From positions 18,826-82,825 of the forward strand of contig CAWIMJ010000022.1 in assembly GCA_963837175.1 (NCBI GenBank): 64,000 bases of DNA, written 5' to 3'. The stretch is from an uncultured Nitrososphaeraceae archaeon (GTDB lineage: Archaea > Thermoproteota > Nitrososphaeria > Nitrososphaerales > Nitrososphaeraceae). A program made the translations under genes and the position numbers. The notes below the pieces were generated by a model that made no database searches, was not told the DNA's origin, and saw nothing but the letters and a program-made list of their open reading frames with translations. Shown in pieces: positions 11,585 to 28,070 of this stretch. Numbering within the stretch: position 1 is the stretch's first letter; every line of letters starts with the position of its first letter.

Positions 11585-12100
11585 ATGTTTCTAAGTAGAC
11601 GTAGAATTATTCTTATCGTGGCAATTGCAGCAGTTATAGGTGCCATAATTTTACTGCCATTAATTCTTGCCACCTTTTCAGCTCCTAATATAAATAGCAT
11701 TACCATAGAACTTTCTAAGGTAGAGGTTAAGAATATTACAAATGATAATAAAAGAATCCCGTTAGATTTATTTTTTAATGTACAGAATCCAACCAACAAG
11801 GCAGTGACAACATCAAAAGTTGAATATAATCTGATTGCAAATGGTAAATCTCTAGGTCATGGAGTTTTGTCATATGAAGACATTCCTCTTAATGGAAGGC
11901 CTCAACTCCTACCTGGACTTACAACAACACTACAATCAACATTTGAACTAAATCAATCTAACCTGAATTCTAATATTTTTAGAGCAATTAAAAATGCAGA
12001 AGCAGTCAAACAGATCAAATGGAAGGTTGAAGGAGTAGCTGAGATCGAATCTGCATTTAGCTCTTCTCCAAAACAATTTAGTGATGAACTCAACGAATAA
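11585..12100 (+). CDS. Membrane-anchored LEA_2/WHy-like protein
   Basis: N-terminal TM, FNVQNPT, YNLIANG..LGHG. Confidence 0.7.
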   Translation: MFLSRRRIILIVAIAAVIGAIILLPLILATFSAPNINSITIELSKVEVKNITNDNKRIPLDLFFNVQNPTNKAVTTSKVEYNLIANGKSLGHGVLSYEDIPLNGRPQLLPGLTTTLQSTFELNQSNLNSNIFRAIKNAEAVKQIKWKVEGVAEIESAFSSSPKQFSDELNE

Positions 12101-12544
12101 ATTATTAACTCCTTTAAGCATATATAATATAATCCGCAAAGATCAATAGATATCAGGCTCATTAAATCCAATCTGCCCTAACTGTAGGAGTCTAACTAAC
12201 CAGAAGAAGAAGAAAGTCTGCCAACAAATCAGATAATAATGAATAGTATAGAAATGAAATTAATATTATTCCTAATTCTTTTTAATTTTGTTATCTATTA
12301 TCTATTATTATATATAATAAACAGAAAGGAAGGAATAGCGCATGTTATTTATATGTAAGAAATTTTGAGTTTTCATATCAATCACTATATAGATATATTA
12401 ATATTTTTGAAAATAAAAAACATGCTCGTCAAGTATGGATCAACAACTCAAAGCGCAATTTTTTCCTTTACTTGTTCTTTACGTATGTTAGTGTTTTTAT
12501 TATCATGGTTCATTTGATTCCACAACTTTCAGGTGCCTTGGGCT

Positions 12545-15495
<2,951 letters not shown>

Positions 15496-15741
15496 AGTTT
15501 GCACTTTGCCTATGATAATATGTCTAAAACCTAACACTTTACGCGAACATATGTAAAGCAATCTTTTTTTTTTTATTTATTTATTTACCACTTAAAAACT
15601 TCTGTCGTTATTGCTAGATTATCTTTTCTAGCAATAATATGTGGCGTGATTTCTTGTTGTTGATCCTATACATGACGCTCATTGTAAACTTACGCTTACT
15701 ACATCCTTCATCCCTTGTCATATAACAAGGAATTGCATCAA

Positions 15742-15782
15742 TTTCTTTAGCGCTACTTCTTTTTCTTTAGCGCTACTTCTTT
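15742..15782. repeat. 20-bp tandem duplication in the rRNA ITS
   Basis: TTTCTTTAGCGCTACTTCTT occurs twice. Confidence 0.85.
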
Positions 15783-15893
15783 GCATTTTGATCATATAAA
15801 TGATGATCATCATCATCATCATTCATAGTTTGGTTGATTGATCACATCACATCAATCACAACCCTTTACACAAAGTAGTCCGGCCTCATTCAA

Positions 15894-17363
<1,470 letters not shown>

Positions 17364-17887
17364 CAATCCATTTATTTTCTATATAAAGTAAAGAGTACGG
17401 CCGGACAACTTGTTATTGTGCGGGTCGTGTATTGTTGTGACCATTGTCAGATTCAATAATCTTAATATTGAATCTCCATGTTATGAGCGCAACTGGAGGT
17501 CGGTGAATCACGAAATGGCACTATGACCACAATCATCCCAACGCCGCCTTTTATAGTTACGTTCGGATCTACCCATTCACGTTATTCACATATTAAGATT
17601 CGCATTATAAAGAAGTAACATACTACTCTATATTTGGTGTTGTTACGTCACATAGACAAGGTGTAATTAATATGCCTTATATTAATAAAATGAATGATTT
17701 TTTATTCTATTATCTGATTATATCCCATAGAACGCGCAGCTTCACATTGACAAAAAAACACTTGATATTTGCTACGAAACTAGGAAACGATATGCTCAAT
17801 TAGCCAAGGCAGACAGCATATCGCAATAATATGATACGAAAATATAAATGATACAATTAAGCAGAGAAATTGTAATTTTATTAATAA

Positions 17888-19036
17888 TTAATAATTTTTT
17901 CTGGTCATACTGTCGCCAATCTCGCTCATAATCTCCGTTGAATCCTTCTTTGTATCATTCGAAAATATTCGTAATGCTATTAAATCCTTTAATTTATCCA
18001 TATTAAAGTCTGTCTTTGATGAAACTAGTAAAACATACTGTCCAAAAGGGAGAAAGCCCAGTTTATCACATTTATCATGTGCACTTTCAAGATTAGTCAA
18101 GTCAACCTTATTCATCACATACAAGACTTTAGTCAAAGGTACTTTCAATTCATTAATAATATGTATGGAACTGTCTAATTTCTTCTTAATCTCTTCTATA
18201 GACTGGCTAATGTCAACTACAAGCAAAACAAGATCAGAATAAGTTATATCCTGAAGTGTTGATTTAAATGCATCGATCATATAAGCTGGAAGCTTGCTGA
18301 TAAATCCGACAGTATCTGAAATTAACAGCTTCTTATCATTTTTCAAATTAATTGCTCGAGTAAAGGTAGATAGAGTAGTAAATACCTCTTTTCCTTCCAT
18401 TTTTGATTCTCCTGTTAAAGTATTGAATAGAGTCGTCTTTCCTGCAGAAGTATAGCCAGCAATAGAAATGGTAGGCAAACCTGCTCTTGATCGTTGAATC
18501 CGAAAAAGTTCTCTTCTCTTCTCTTCTCTTTCCAACTTCTTCTTCAAGATAGCGGATCGTTTCTTGATATCTAGAAAATAGACATCAGCATCATATTTTC
18601 CCATACCAAAAAATCCTGGCTGTTCTCCTGCTCTTGCGAGTCTAACTTTTTCTCGAGCTCTAACCATGTCATATCGTAACTGTGCAAGTTTAATCTGAAT
18701 TCTTGATTCCGCAGTGCTTGCTCTTAATTCAAAGATATCTAGAATTAAGCGCTCTCTATCTAGTATGTCTATTTTACAGACTTTTGCTAAATTATATTGT
18801 TGACTTGGCTTTAGCACCTCATCAAAAATAATTACTCCTGGTTTTAATTGCTCAACTAATTCCTTTACTTCTTCTGCTTTCCCACTACCGATTCCATATT
18901 TTGACTGTGTAAGATTACGCTGGTTTACTATTTTAATAATAGAATATCCAGCTGCGTCTGCTAGAGTAATAGCTTCTTTTGTTACCTCCTCTAAAGGATA
19001 GGTTATTAGCAGAGCTGTTTTATTAGATTTTAACAT
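17888..19036 (-). CDS. hflX: GTPase HflX
   Basis: IGSGKAEE, QIKLAQLRY, GYTSAGKTT, FTTL, DTVGFI and NKVD motifs. Confidence 0.95.
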   Translation of the reverse strand: MLKSNKTALLITYPLEEVTKEAITLADAAGYSIIKIVNQRNLTQSKYGIGSGKAEEVKELVEQLKPGVIIFDEVLKPSQQYNLAKVCKIDILDRERLILDIFELRASTAESRIQIKLAQLRYDMVRAREKVRLARAGEQPGFFGMGKYDADVYFLDIKKRSAILKKKLEREEKRRELFRIQRSRAGLPTISIAGYTSAGKTTLFNTLTGESKMEGKEVFTTLSTFTRAINLKNDKKLLISDTVGFISKLPAYMIDAFKSTLQDITYSDLVLLVVDISQSIEEIKKKLDSSIHIINELKVPLTKVLYVMNKVDLTNLESAHDKCDKLGFLPFGQYVLLVSSKTDFNMDKLKDLIALRIFSNDTKKDSTEIMSEIGDSMTRKNY

Positions 19037-19546
19037 TATTTTTTTCTCTGTTTAGATTAATAATAATATTGAGGCTCATAAACAATTTAAACCTAAAATT
19101 AAGATACCTATCAAGAGAATGTAAAACATGAATATAAATAATACTACTATGTGATGTAAGAATTAAGAAAAAGCAAAGTTATATCGAAAATCAAAAATTC
19201 TATAATATCAATGATATAGCACTTTTCATATTGCCCAGTCAATGTTAGATGTAGATCTATGGGATACCAAATCATAGTTTAGATACACTAAAAAACTTTC
19301 CAGAGCATGCCAGGACTATAATGCCTTGATAGTTTACATGGATACATGTAAAATATACGAAAAATATAAAGTATACATATACAGATGTTTGAATTTTTGT
19401 TTCGAATACTATTTCTTTTATATCAAGTAAAATTGCGGTAGAGTAGTAGTTAGAAGCTACAAGTATACATATTAGTCTTTGGGACAACTAAGAAAATTTC
19501 ATCAACCATAATGTATAACACTATCAAAATATTTTCTATCATACAA

Positions 19547-20011
19547 CTACAATTCATTCTCCATTTCAGAATGCTCTTGTGAAGTCAACATTTTGCTGAA
19601 ACCCATTGAAACCCATTCTTCAATCCACACACATTTTGCAGGGCTATATTGACTAGTTTCATCGTCTGATGAACACAGATGCTGATAATTGCAACTGATA
19701 CAAGGAGCACCTTCTATGTTTGCTATTTCGATAGGTTTTTTTGCTAATTCTGCGACTATCGATGATTTTTTTACAACCAATTTATACGTCCATCTGCCGT
19801 TATGTAACATTTTTTCTCGAGATATAAGGGACTGTTTTTCCAGATTACCTACTAATCTTGAGCCATCCCTGCTATCAAGAGAAAACGTCTTACAAAGTTC
19901 TGTTTGGAATATTCCGTTTTCACCGCTTTTGGATATTGTGTCAAATACTTGATCAATCAACTCGCTTTTAGTTTTAATTGAAACTTTTGGATTAATTATT
20001 TCTGATGACAA
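19547..20011 (-). CDS. TFE beta / RNA polymerase III Rpc34-like protein (wHTH plus Fe-S Cys cluster)
   Basis: GIFQTEL..LDSRDGSR..LEK..LI.R wHTH and C-terminal PCISC-x5-C...C..I.EW. Confidence 0.75.
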   Translation of the reverse strand: MSSEIINPKVSIKTKSELIDQVFDTISKSGENGIFQTELCKTFSLDSRDGSRLVGNLEKQSLISREKMLHNGRWTYKLVVKKSSIVAELAKKPIEIANIEGAPCISCNYQHLCSSDDETSQYSPAKCVWIEEWVSMGFSKMLTSQEHSEMENEL

Positions 20012-20301
20012 AATATATATTTTATTGTCAGTTATTCATATAAAAGTCTTCAGTTGTTTGAATTATTCTAATATAGAATAACCTCACAACTATTGCTATT
20101 ATTATCATAATTATTACATAATAATATTTGTTGTCAATAAATTGCATCAAGTTAAATAATTGATATATTATTTTGGCGGATTACAGCTGAAGTTTGCATA
20201 TTAAAATTATAGTAATATCATCAATTTATATATACCAAACATCTGTATTTCTATTTAAAATACCAAAATTTTAAGTAATTAACATTCTCCATATAACAAT
20301 A

Positions 20302-21174
20302 TTGCCTATTACGAATCTCCAGTCTTTAATTGAAGATTGGAAAGTTAGCGTTGTTGATTCCGTTGTCTCCTCTAATGATACTGATAGATTAGCTGAATAT
20401 GCACTACATCTATCTAGGATACTTGCTTATCCAGATTTAGATGTTAGTTCCAAATTGAACGAACTAAATTCAATGAGTGAAGAGCTGAAGCAATCGATAA
20501 AGAAGTTATTGCCACTCAGGCCAACCCAATTGATAGAGAAAATTAATAATTACCTTTTTGTGGATAAGGGGTTTAAAGCGAATATTCAAGATTATTATAA
20601 CCCTATGAATAGTTATCTTAACATTGTTTTGCAACACAAATCCGGCATTCCTATCACATTGTCAATGATATATATGCAAATTGCTCATGCATTGAATTTT
20701 AAGTTGTTTCCAGTTAATTTTCCCGCTCACTTTCTTGTCAAACACGTTCTAGAAGATGACAATGGTGAGATAATTATTGACCCATTTAATGGTGGCAGAA
20801 TAATGGATGATTATGCTCTGAAGGAATTGCTCGATCAATTCTATCCACATCAGAATGTTCCTCTTACTCATGCATTTGTTGAAAAGGCAACACCAACCCA
20901 GGTAATGATAAGAATGTTGAATAACCTAAAGGGAAGTTATTATGAAGCACAAGATATTGACAAAGCTGAAATCGCAAATGAAATGATAATTGCACTAGAT
21001 CATTATAATCCAGATGCCATTCGAGACAAAGGTATGATATTATTAAAAAGAGAAAAGCCTACGGAAGCGCTCGAAATGCTAAATTTCTACCTTGAACTAG
21101 ATCCCGAGGCACAAGATGCAGACACCGTCCTAGACATAATCAGGCAAATTCGTACTGACTGGAACGGAAAGTGA
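20302..21174 (+). CDS. SirB1-like transglutaminase-core/TPR protein
   Basis: YYNPMNSYL, GIPITL, NFPAHFL, DPFNGG and RMLNNLK motifs; C-terminal TPR. Confidence 0.9.
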   Translation: MPITNLQSLIEDWKVSVVDSVVSSNDTDRLAEYALHLSRILAYPDLDVSSKLNELNSMSEELKQSIKKLLPLRPTQLIEKINNYLFVDKGFKANIQDYYNPMNSYLNIVLQHKSGIPITLSMIYMQIAHALNFKLFPVNFPAHFLVKHVLEDDNGEIIIDPFNGGRIMDDYALKELLDQFYPHQNVPLTHAFVEKATPTQVMIRMLNNLKGSYYEAQDIDKAEIANEMIIALDHYNPDAIRDKGMILLKREKPTEALEMLNFYLELDPEAQDADTVLDIIRQIRTDWNGK

Positions 21175-22169
21175 GAATATATAAGATTTCTTCGTTACAA
21201 GAATAAGATCATATAATAAAATAAGATCATTTAAATGGCTCAAAGGTCACAAATTAATCTGCTTAGGCATTGAATGTGATTTTTGAATAAATATTTTTTC
21301 AATCCTATAAATAATTTCAATCAGGTGGATTTAGTAAACTTCAATTATTGCATATTATAATATTTGGTCTACTTTAGGATCTTGGGTGTAAATACATTTC
21401 ACAAAGCCGGTGAGGGGATATTATAATCATCACCATCGTCTACTCTCAGACCATGTTTTTTTATATATCGTAGCAATTCATCATGACTTTCAATTTTATA
21501 ATAATGTTTCATATGTTCTAATGTTTTATCGTCATAAATGGGTTGTTTTTTTTTCTTTTTCACTTAATAATAAAGTATAACATAATACTTAAATTTTTTT
21601 AATGACATTTTTCTTCAAATTAATTGGCGTCTTTTTAAAAGATTCTGTGTTTAAAACACGTCCAAATTCATTTTACTTTTATTATTACATCAAGGCATTT
21701 AGCATAATAAGCCTTGTCGATTTATTGCCTCAACTATGCGTATTAGTAGCATTTCTACTGTTTTTAAGTTTTGATATATTACTTTATAAATGATCTTTCA
21801 AAAATGATGATGGTTTGACAGGTTCATCGATATAGAGTGATCAAAGTATGATAAATTAAGTATGATATGTCTATGTATTATGCGCGGTAGAAAGTATATA
21901 CTTACTTACTTGTAAGAATAGAACTTGTGTTTCTTTTTATTTTATTTCATTTTATCCCAGTTTCATTTATAATTGGCAGATTAGGTGGTGGATGATCTGA
22001 CGGTTCAGTTTCATTTACGATTGGCATTATGTTATTTGAATTAAGTGTAATAGTAGGTGTATCGGGTGTGATGTCATAAGATGGTAGTAGTTGCGATGAC
22101 GACAAGGAAATAGCATAGACAAATGTCGTAGTGGTTGTTATGATTATTATTTTTATTTAATTTAATTTA

Positions 22170-23082
22170 GAGCCTATCCCAAAAATAGATAGGAATATAG
22201 CTCGTTTGTTTTTATTAGATTATCTGTTAAATATTTGACTAAAAGTAAAAAATATGTCAGAACAATCACATGTATTCCAGATCACTTATGGAATGAAATT
22301 AAAAATATTTTGCCAGATGAAAAACCAGAGAATACTATAGGTAGACCAGTTGTTTCATATAGAAAAGTACTTGATGGCATACTATTTGTTTTAAGAACTG
22401 GCTGCCAGTGGAAAATGTTACCCAAAGACTATGGATCTGGTTCTACTACATGCCATAGAAGATTTCAGCAATGGATACAATTAGGTATTTTCGATACACT
22501 ATGGTCTAGATTGCTAAAAATATATGATAACAAAAGAGGAATCAAATGGAACTGGCAATCACTTGACAGCAGCATCTCAATAAAATCGCCTTTAGGGGGG
22601 CGATGACTGGACATAATCCTACTGACAGAAGCAAATTAGGCAGTAAAAGACATATTTTAGTGGATAAAGAAGGTATTCCCCTATCTACTTTTATAACATC
22701 TGCAAATACTCATGATGCTACTGTTGCAATTGATACTGTTGATAGCATGGTTATCAAAAGAAGACAGTCATACAAACTAATTGATAAAAATAAGAGGAAG
22801 AAGCAAAATCTATGTCTTGATAAAGCATATCATTCCAAAGAAGTAGAACAAGAAATCATCAAAAGAGGATACATACCACATATACGACACAGAAGAAAGA
22901 AGAAAAACAATTCAAAAAGAAACATCCTGCAAGAAGATGGGTAGTAGAGAGAACAAATTCTTGGCATAACAGATTCAGGAAGTTATTTACTAGATATGAA
23001 AAGAAGGAGGAGAACTATCTTGGTCTTGTACAACTAGCAAGTAGCCTTATTGTTTATAGGAGGTCAATTTTGGGATAGGCTC
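22170..23082 (+). mobile_element. IS5-family element with split transposase (22235-22606, 22603-~23078)
   Basis: Terminal IRs GAGCCTATCCCAAAA/TTTTGGGATAGGCTC with TTA duplicated on both sides. Motifs LRTGCQW, DKAY and RWVVERT. G-run junction between the ORFs plus an extra frameshift near 22895. Confidence 0.95.
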
Positions 23083-23084
23083 TT

Positions 23085-23610
23085 AGTTGCAGTATCTCCA
23101 CCATAAGCAGAGTTAGCTGATTGAATGGGTGTAGGTTCTTTCCGTACTAAGGAAGGAAGACAATTAATTAGGCTCTTTAGTATATTGATATCTATATCAC
23201 AGATGGCGAGCTTGAACCTTGAAGGAAACTATTCTGATAGCGATACTGATTGCGATATTGACCGCAGCATCATTCCTGCTTTTGTCAATGACTCAGACTC
23301 CAGTGATACCGATTCGGCTGATAGCTGTCGGAATTTGGATCCTACTCGTTGCAGCAGTTCTGACAACAGTGTTATTTCTGACTCAAGAGCGCGAAGTGCT
23401 TTTGTGAGCCTTGTTACTTGACTGCTCTGATGCTGTTAGTCTCTGTTATCATATCCCTTATCGCTTTCTTTGCACCTGCTAACGATACATCATAATCAGG
23501 TACTGATTCTAATACTAGCGAGCGCAGCGCTGTTGCTATTCTCCCAAGCGACTCGCATGCTGCTGTTGAAATACTCTCTATTGCTAAACTTCGTAATGAT
23601 ATCTTGAATC
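23085..23610 (-). pseudogene. Degraded ~21-aa repeat protein, possibly a viral structural or fibre relic
   Basis: Minus-strand units RSLAIESIST..ESLGR / RSLVLESV / RALESEITLLSELLQR / RQLSAESVSLESESLTK / RSISQSVSLSE*, with a frameshift and stops. Confidence 0.45.
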
Positions 23611-23612
23611 TT

Positions 23613-25188
23613 CTATTTGTTCCCTAGCTCGAAGTACTTCAAGCACATTCTAAAGGCGTCAAAAACGTCGCTATGCGCCGTTCTTTCTTTGTCCAGCGCT
23701 CCGTCGTTCTCGTAAGCGGTTCTGATTGCTGTCACTAGCTTAGTAAAGTTCGGGTGAATTGCAATGTAGTGCTTATCAAGCAACATTTTGGCGTGGCCTA
23801 GCATGGCCTTGTGTTCCTTATTGGCACCACTTTGCCAAGCCAGTGATCTGGACTCCTAAAGCCAGAGCGCTTAGACCTTTCTATCACGTCCTCATAGTTA
23901 GGATCCTCTCCTATAGCAATCTTAAGCGCTCTAGTGAATGCAGAAGCTGAGCTGTCAACGTAAACTTTGGCGTCTGTATCAGCAATGATCCCATATTGAT
24001 ACATCAGATTTCTTGCTACGTCTACCATTACATTAAAGTTGGGACGATTGAATTCCTCTGCGTACAGGACTTGAATCAAACTACCAAAGTTTGAATCCGT
24101 GTATGTCTTTGTGATAGTAGTAGTCTTCTTTATAATAGGATCGGTAGTAGTAGTAGTAGTAGTAGTTGATACATTCAGAAGCTGACATACACAGAAGCCG
24201 CAAGCGCTAGAACCCCAACCTGGATCTATCGCCATAGCTTTCTTTGCAAAAGGATTGATTGCAGCCTTTGGTTTATTCGGATCGTAAAGCTGTGAACCTT
24301 TCTCTATTGCAGCCTGTATTGAGGATTCAGAAAAGGTAGTACCGATATGTCCACCATATTTCAGACAATATTCTCTTTGGAAGCTGGGAGAAGCCATAGC
24401 CTCTGCAATCTCTTCCTCGGAGTATATCTTGTTTAAGCCGTAAGTGTAATCTAGGTACAGCCGTTTATACAGGCACCTTTCTGCCGGTTCTAGCTCAATG
24501 CTCTCGAACAAGCCGCCTGGCCTGTTGGGTGTACTGACCATTACTATGTACGGATTTGACTTTGCTATGTACCGCTCCGAACGTCTCTGGCGTCCTGTTG
24601 CTGGCCTGGAGGATAGAAATCTGCCTCCTCGTTTAAGATAAAAGAGACATTGGCAAGCCCTCTCATTGCGTCCAGATGGTGACTTGGGTAGGCTTCTATG
24701 GTACAGCCGTTCAGCTCGATAACAGTCTCCTTACTGTCAAAATATATTGCAGCTTTAGGTTCAAAGAGCCGCTTCATTCTGTCTATAAGCGTTATAGCTA
24801 GGTCTATCCTTGGGCCTGTGACAACGCACATTTGAGACCCGGCAAGTACTTTATCTTTCAAAGCAAGCCACGCCATGTAACGCAGCATGAACTCGGTAAT
24901 CCCCAGGCCGGTTGACTTCTTTATGAATACGTGCTTATGCTTATCCAGTGCGTCATAGACTATCTTCTGATAAGGATATAGCGGCCGCTCGGTGTTACTC
25001 TTCACAGGTAGACCAATAATGTGGTTGAAACAGCAATCCCCTCTTGTCTTAATGTCCTCTGCCTTGTGTTGTTCTACGTTCCAAATCCAAAAAGGTTTAT
25101 GTTTTAATCTGTTAAAGAATCTTGTTTTATCGGAGTTGGATTCTGATTGTCTATAGTGAATTAGCTTTTGTAGTTCTTTGAAGGTCAT
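23613..25188 (-). pseudogene. Terminase large subunit-like gene in three frameshifted pieces
   Basis: Walker A-like KKSTGLGITE, Walker B-like ILNEEAD, motif III VSTPN, nuclease AIDPGWG and HSDVFDA. Frames join near 24575 and 23810. Confidence 0.85.
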
Positions 25189-25334
25189 CTTCTTGTGTTG
25201 TTACTAAGATAGAGTAATACTAGGAATGCTATAAAAATAATACTCTATTATTGTCTTCTTAGTTCATTCAGAAGGAAGGATGAAAAGAAAATAAGAAGAA
25301 AACGGCAAGCGGAGCTGAAATATATATAAATAAA

Positions 25335-25583
25335 TCAGGTTGCTTTGTGAGCCGCAATGTTCTTTATTGCTACATCAATGGGTTCATGAGGAAGTATAGG
25401 AATATGTTCTCTTGTCAAGTCAAAACTAATCAGATCATTGTTTTTCCCTTGGGATATTGCATGTATTTTATTAGATACTGTAGAAAGATTTGGAGTAGTA
25501 GCGAAGAGGTTAGAAAATAAAGTCACACCACTAAACATACAGGACGCTGTCCCGACCATTATTAACGCATATATTAGATTCAT
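25335..25583 (-). CDS. Small exported hypothetical protein
   Basis: 82 aa with hydrophobic N-terminus. Confidence 0.4.
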   Translation of the reverse strand: MNLIYALIMVGTASCMFSGVTLFSNLFATTPNLSTVSNKIHAISQGKNNDLISFDLTREHIPILPHEPIDVAIKNIAAHKAT

Positions 25584-25815
25584 TTTATTTTCTTCTTATA
25601 TTAAAGACTGATTTTTGGTATATAATAATTGAGGAACATATGCCTAAACAACGTATGTATTTCTTTAGTTTCTCAGCATGCTTATAGCTTGGATTTAGAG
25701 AATCGTACCACAAGTAAGAAAAAGAAGATGTATATTATACAAGTGTGTTTTTCCTCATTATACTCAATTGAAGAATAATGGAAAAAGATAGCAGGAGAAT
25801 AATGGAGAGATTTGG

Positions 25816-26502
25816 TTGCACGATGTTAGCGATAATAATGAAAATCACATTAACATTCCAGACAATAGGAGCCGCATCTATGATTACATTAAGAATAAAC
25901 CTGGATCCCATCTTAGGAAGATCAACAAGGAGCTTACCTTATCTATGGGAGATACTCAACACCATTTGAGAAATCTTGAAAAATCTGGGGTAGTAAAGTC
26001 AAAACGCATGGGTATCTACAAAGTTTACTACCCAGTTTCTATTTTGGAAGGAAGACAAGAATCTATACTATCTACACTTCAACAAGACACACCAAGGGAA
26101 ATAGTGATACATATAGTAGAACATCCTGGAACCACACAAAGTGAAATAGCCGATCATATGGGTTTCTCTTCACCAACGATCAATTGGCACATGTCGAATT
26201 TAATAGAAATTGGCTTGGTTAGAGTCCAGAAGGACAGACAGTTTGTAAAATACTACATAAAAGGAGACATCAAAGACATAACTAGTCTTCTAAAGTTATA
26301 CTACCCTACACTGTGGAGCAAATTATCATCTAGGTTAGATGACCTTTTCTTGGATTTATCAACAGCATCGCGATCCTACAGTGTAGGTGTTGCAAATGAG
26401 GATATAACCATCAATAGAAAAAAACAACAAGTAATTGAAAAAGAAGAATATGAAGATCAAGATAACGATGAAGACAAACATAAAAAAATAGGAGAACAGT
26501 AG
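25816..26502 (+). CDS. Double winged-helix transcription regulator (COG3398-like)
   Basis: IYDYIKNKPG.H..I...L and HPG.TQSEIA..SPTINWHM..L. Confidence 0.88.
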   Translation: MHDVSDNNENHINIPDNRSRIYDYIKNKPGSHLRKINKELTLSMGDTQHHLRNLEKSGVVKSKRMGIYKVYYPVSILEGRQESILSTLQQDTPREIVIHIVEHPGTTQSEIADHMGFSSPTINWHMSNLIEIGLVRVQKDRQFVKYYIKGDIKDITSLLKLYYPTLWSKLSSRLDDLFLDLSTASRSYSVGVANEDITINRKKQQVIEKEEYEDQDNDEDKHKKIGEQ

Positions 26503-26507
26503 CCAAT

Positions 26508-26966
26508 ATGAAATTTCGTCATCATCGTAACTATATCTCTACTTCTTCTTCTATGTTATTAGTTATAACAACAATAATCCTGCTTCTTTCAATTGCTTTC
26601 TTTCTCCTTTCTTCTAATCCATTAGTTATTGCTGAGCAGAATGGTGAAGATGGGAATGATTTATTGGATAAGGGAGATGTAGCTGATATATTTGATTTTG
26701 GAACTGGAATATTTGCAGCAATTCTCTTTGCTTTATCATTAAAAGCTTATAGGAATCTTAGGTCTAAGAAGCTGCTCTTTGTTGCAGGTGCATTTGGATT
26801 ATTTGCTATCCGTACAATAGTATCAAGACTTGATATTTTCATGCCTGAAATTGAATCTACTATTTTGGAGTTACTTTTAGCAGTTATGAGTTTCGCAGCC
26901 CTTGCTCTATTTTTCTTAGCTATCGTAAAGCGTGAGAAAATCAAGACCAAATACGTGCAAACATGA
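26508..26966 (+). CDS. Small multi-TM membrane protein coupled to the wHTH gene
   Basis: Four hydrophobic segments; AY....KKLLFV..AFGLF is shared with 31205-31624; 5-nt gap. Confidence 0.8.
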   Translation: MKFRHHRNYISTSSSMLLVITTIILLLSIAFFLLSSNPLVIAEQNGEDGNDLLDKGDVADIFDFGTGIFAAILFALSLKAYRNLRSKKLLFVAGAFGLFAIRTIVSRLDIFMPEIESTILELLLAVMSFAALALFFLAIVKREKIKTKYVQT

Positions 26967-27194
26967 ATAACTTCTACCACACTACCACTACTATTTTGTT
27001 CAACCCTATCTATTGTATTTGATATACTCATTCATTCGAGCCGTAGAAAAAGTAGCGTCGTTACTCAAATCTAAATAAAATGTTTACAATATATATTTAG
27101 ATTCACCACGATCCCAAGCGCTTAACATTTATCTAAGGCGAATTAGGCTAAGCACATAGTCGAAGTAGACGAAAAGATAATCACTGTTTTCATT

Positions 27195-27512
27195 GTGAAT
27201 CCAGATGGCAATATTTCTGATTTATTCATAGCAGTGGATGCAAATATAGATAATTCTATGGTTGAATCTGTAAGGTCAGCTCTAAATCTTAAATTTGAAG
27301 ATAAGCAAGATCAAACAACAAATCCCTCCTCATTAGGAGAACATCTTTGTGATATATCTGAATACGACAAAATAAGAATTATTAAAATATATGAGTCAAA
27401 TCGTTTAATAGTAGTATTAGCACAGAGCTGTACTTCTCCTGGAGAAGTTGCTGAAACAGTCTTAGGCTATCTGTATGAATCTGATGAAGAGCAACCAAAA
27501 AGTTTATTCTAA
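27195..27512 (+). CDS. Hypothetical protein (roadblock/profilin-like size and pattern)
   Basis: 105-aa ORF; the frame probably extends further upstream. Confidence 0.55.
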   Translation: MNPDGNISDLFIAVDANIDNSMVESVRSALNLKFEDKQDQTTNPSSLGEHLCDISEYDKIRIIKIYESNRLIVVLAQSCTSPGEVAETVLGYLYESDEEQPKSLF

Positions 27513-27728
27513 AATATCCTATGCTTTCTTTGTAAATCTTCAATGCATTAGACATTATTTATATATTCAAAAGGCTCGTCAATGATCTCTAATATTGGTT
27601 CTGCAAGATCTTCCAAATATTGAATGCCTATAGGATAAGTAAAACAATTCTATCTATCTAATATAACACAATGCAAACGATTAAGAGCTAATTCTGCATA
27701 TATATAATTGAGGTGATATTTCACAGAT

Positions 27729-28070
27729 ATGAGTGCTGCACATAATAGCGATAAACAATTTCTTTTATACCAGCTAAAGTGGATGGGAATATATATTGCG
27801 ATAGGTTTTGCCATATCTTTAGCTCTACCATTTCCTCTATCTTTGGTTGGAGCACTGGGAGCTTTCCTACTCTTAAATTTCATTAGAACAAGAAGAATAC
27901 TAAAAAGATCAGGTATTGATATGAAAGGATTGTTTAGGTCACTGTCATCCGCTTCTTCGCCTTCAATGTATGGTTCTAATCCACTAAAGTACTATTGTAT
28001 GAGCTGTGGGAAAGAACATAAGGAAATTGCATGTCCTAATTGCGGTTCAAAGATGAAAAGAGTAGGATAG
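27729..28070 (+). CDS. Membrane protein with C-terminal zinc ribbon
   Basis: Two TMs, then YCMSCG...CPNCGS. Confidence 0.85.
   Translation: MSAAHNSDKQFLLYQLKWMGIYIAIGFAISLALPFPLSLVGALGAFLLLNFIRTRRILKRSGIDMKGLFRSLSSASSPSMYGSNPLKYYCMSCGKEHKEIACPNCGSKMKRVG

Noticed and set aside
15496-15893. tRNA in the ITS, or rRNA introns
   Set aside because: No cloverleaf or T-loop in the spacer, and both rRNA lengths are normal.
23125-23421. Plus-strand ORFs of 98 and 62 aa
   Set aside because: They are better explained as antisense shadows of the minus-strand repeat relic.
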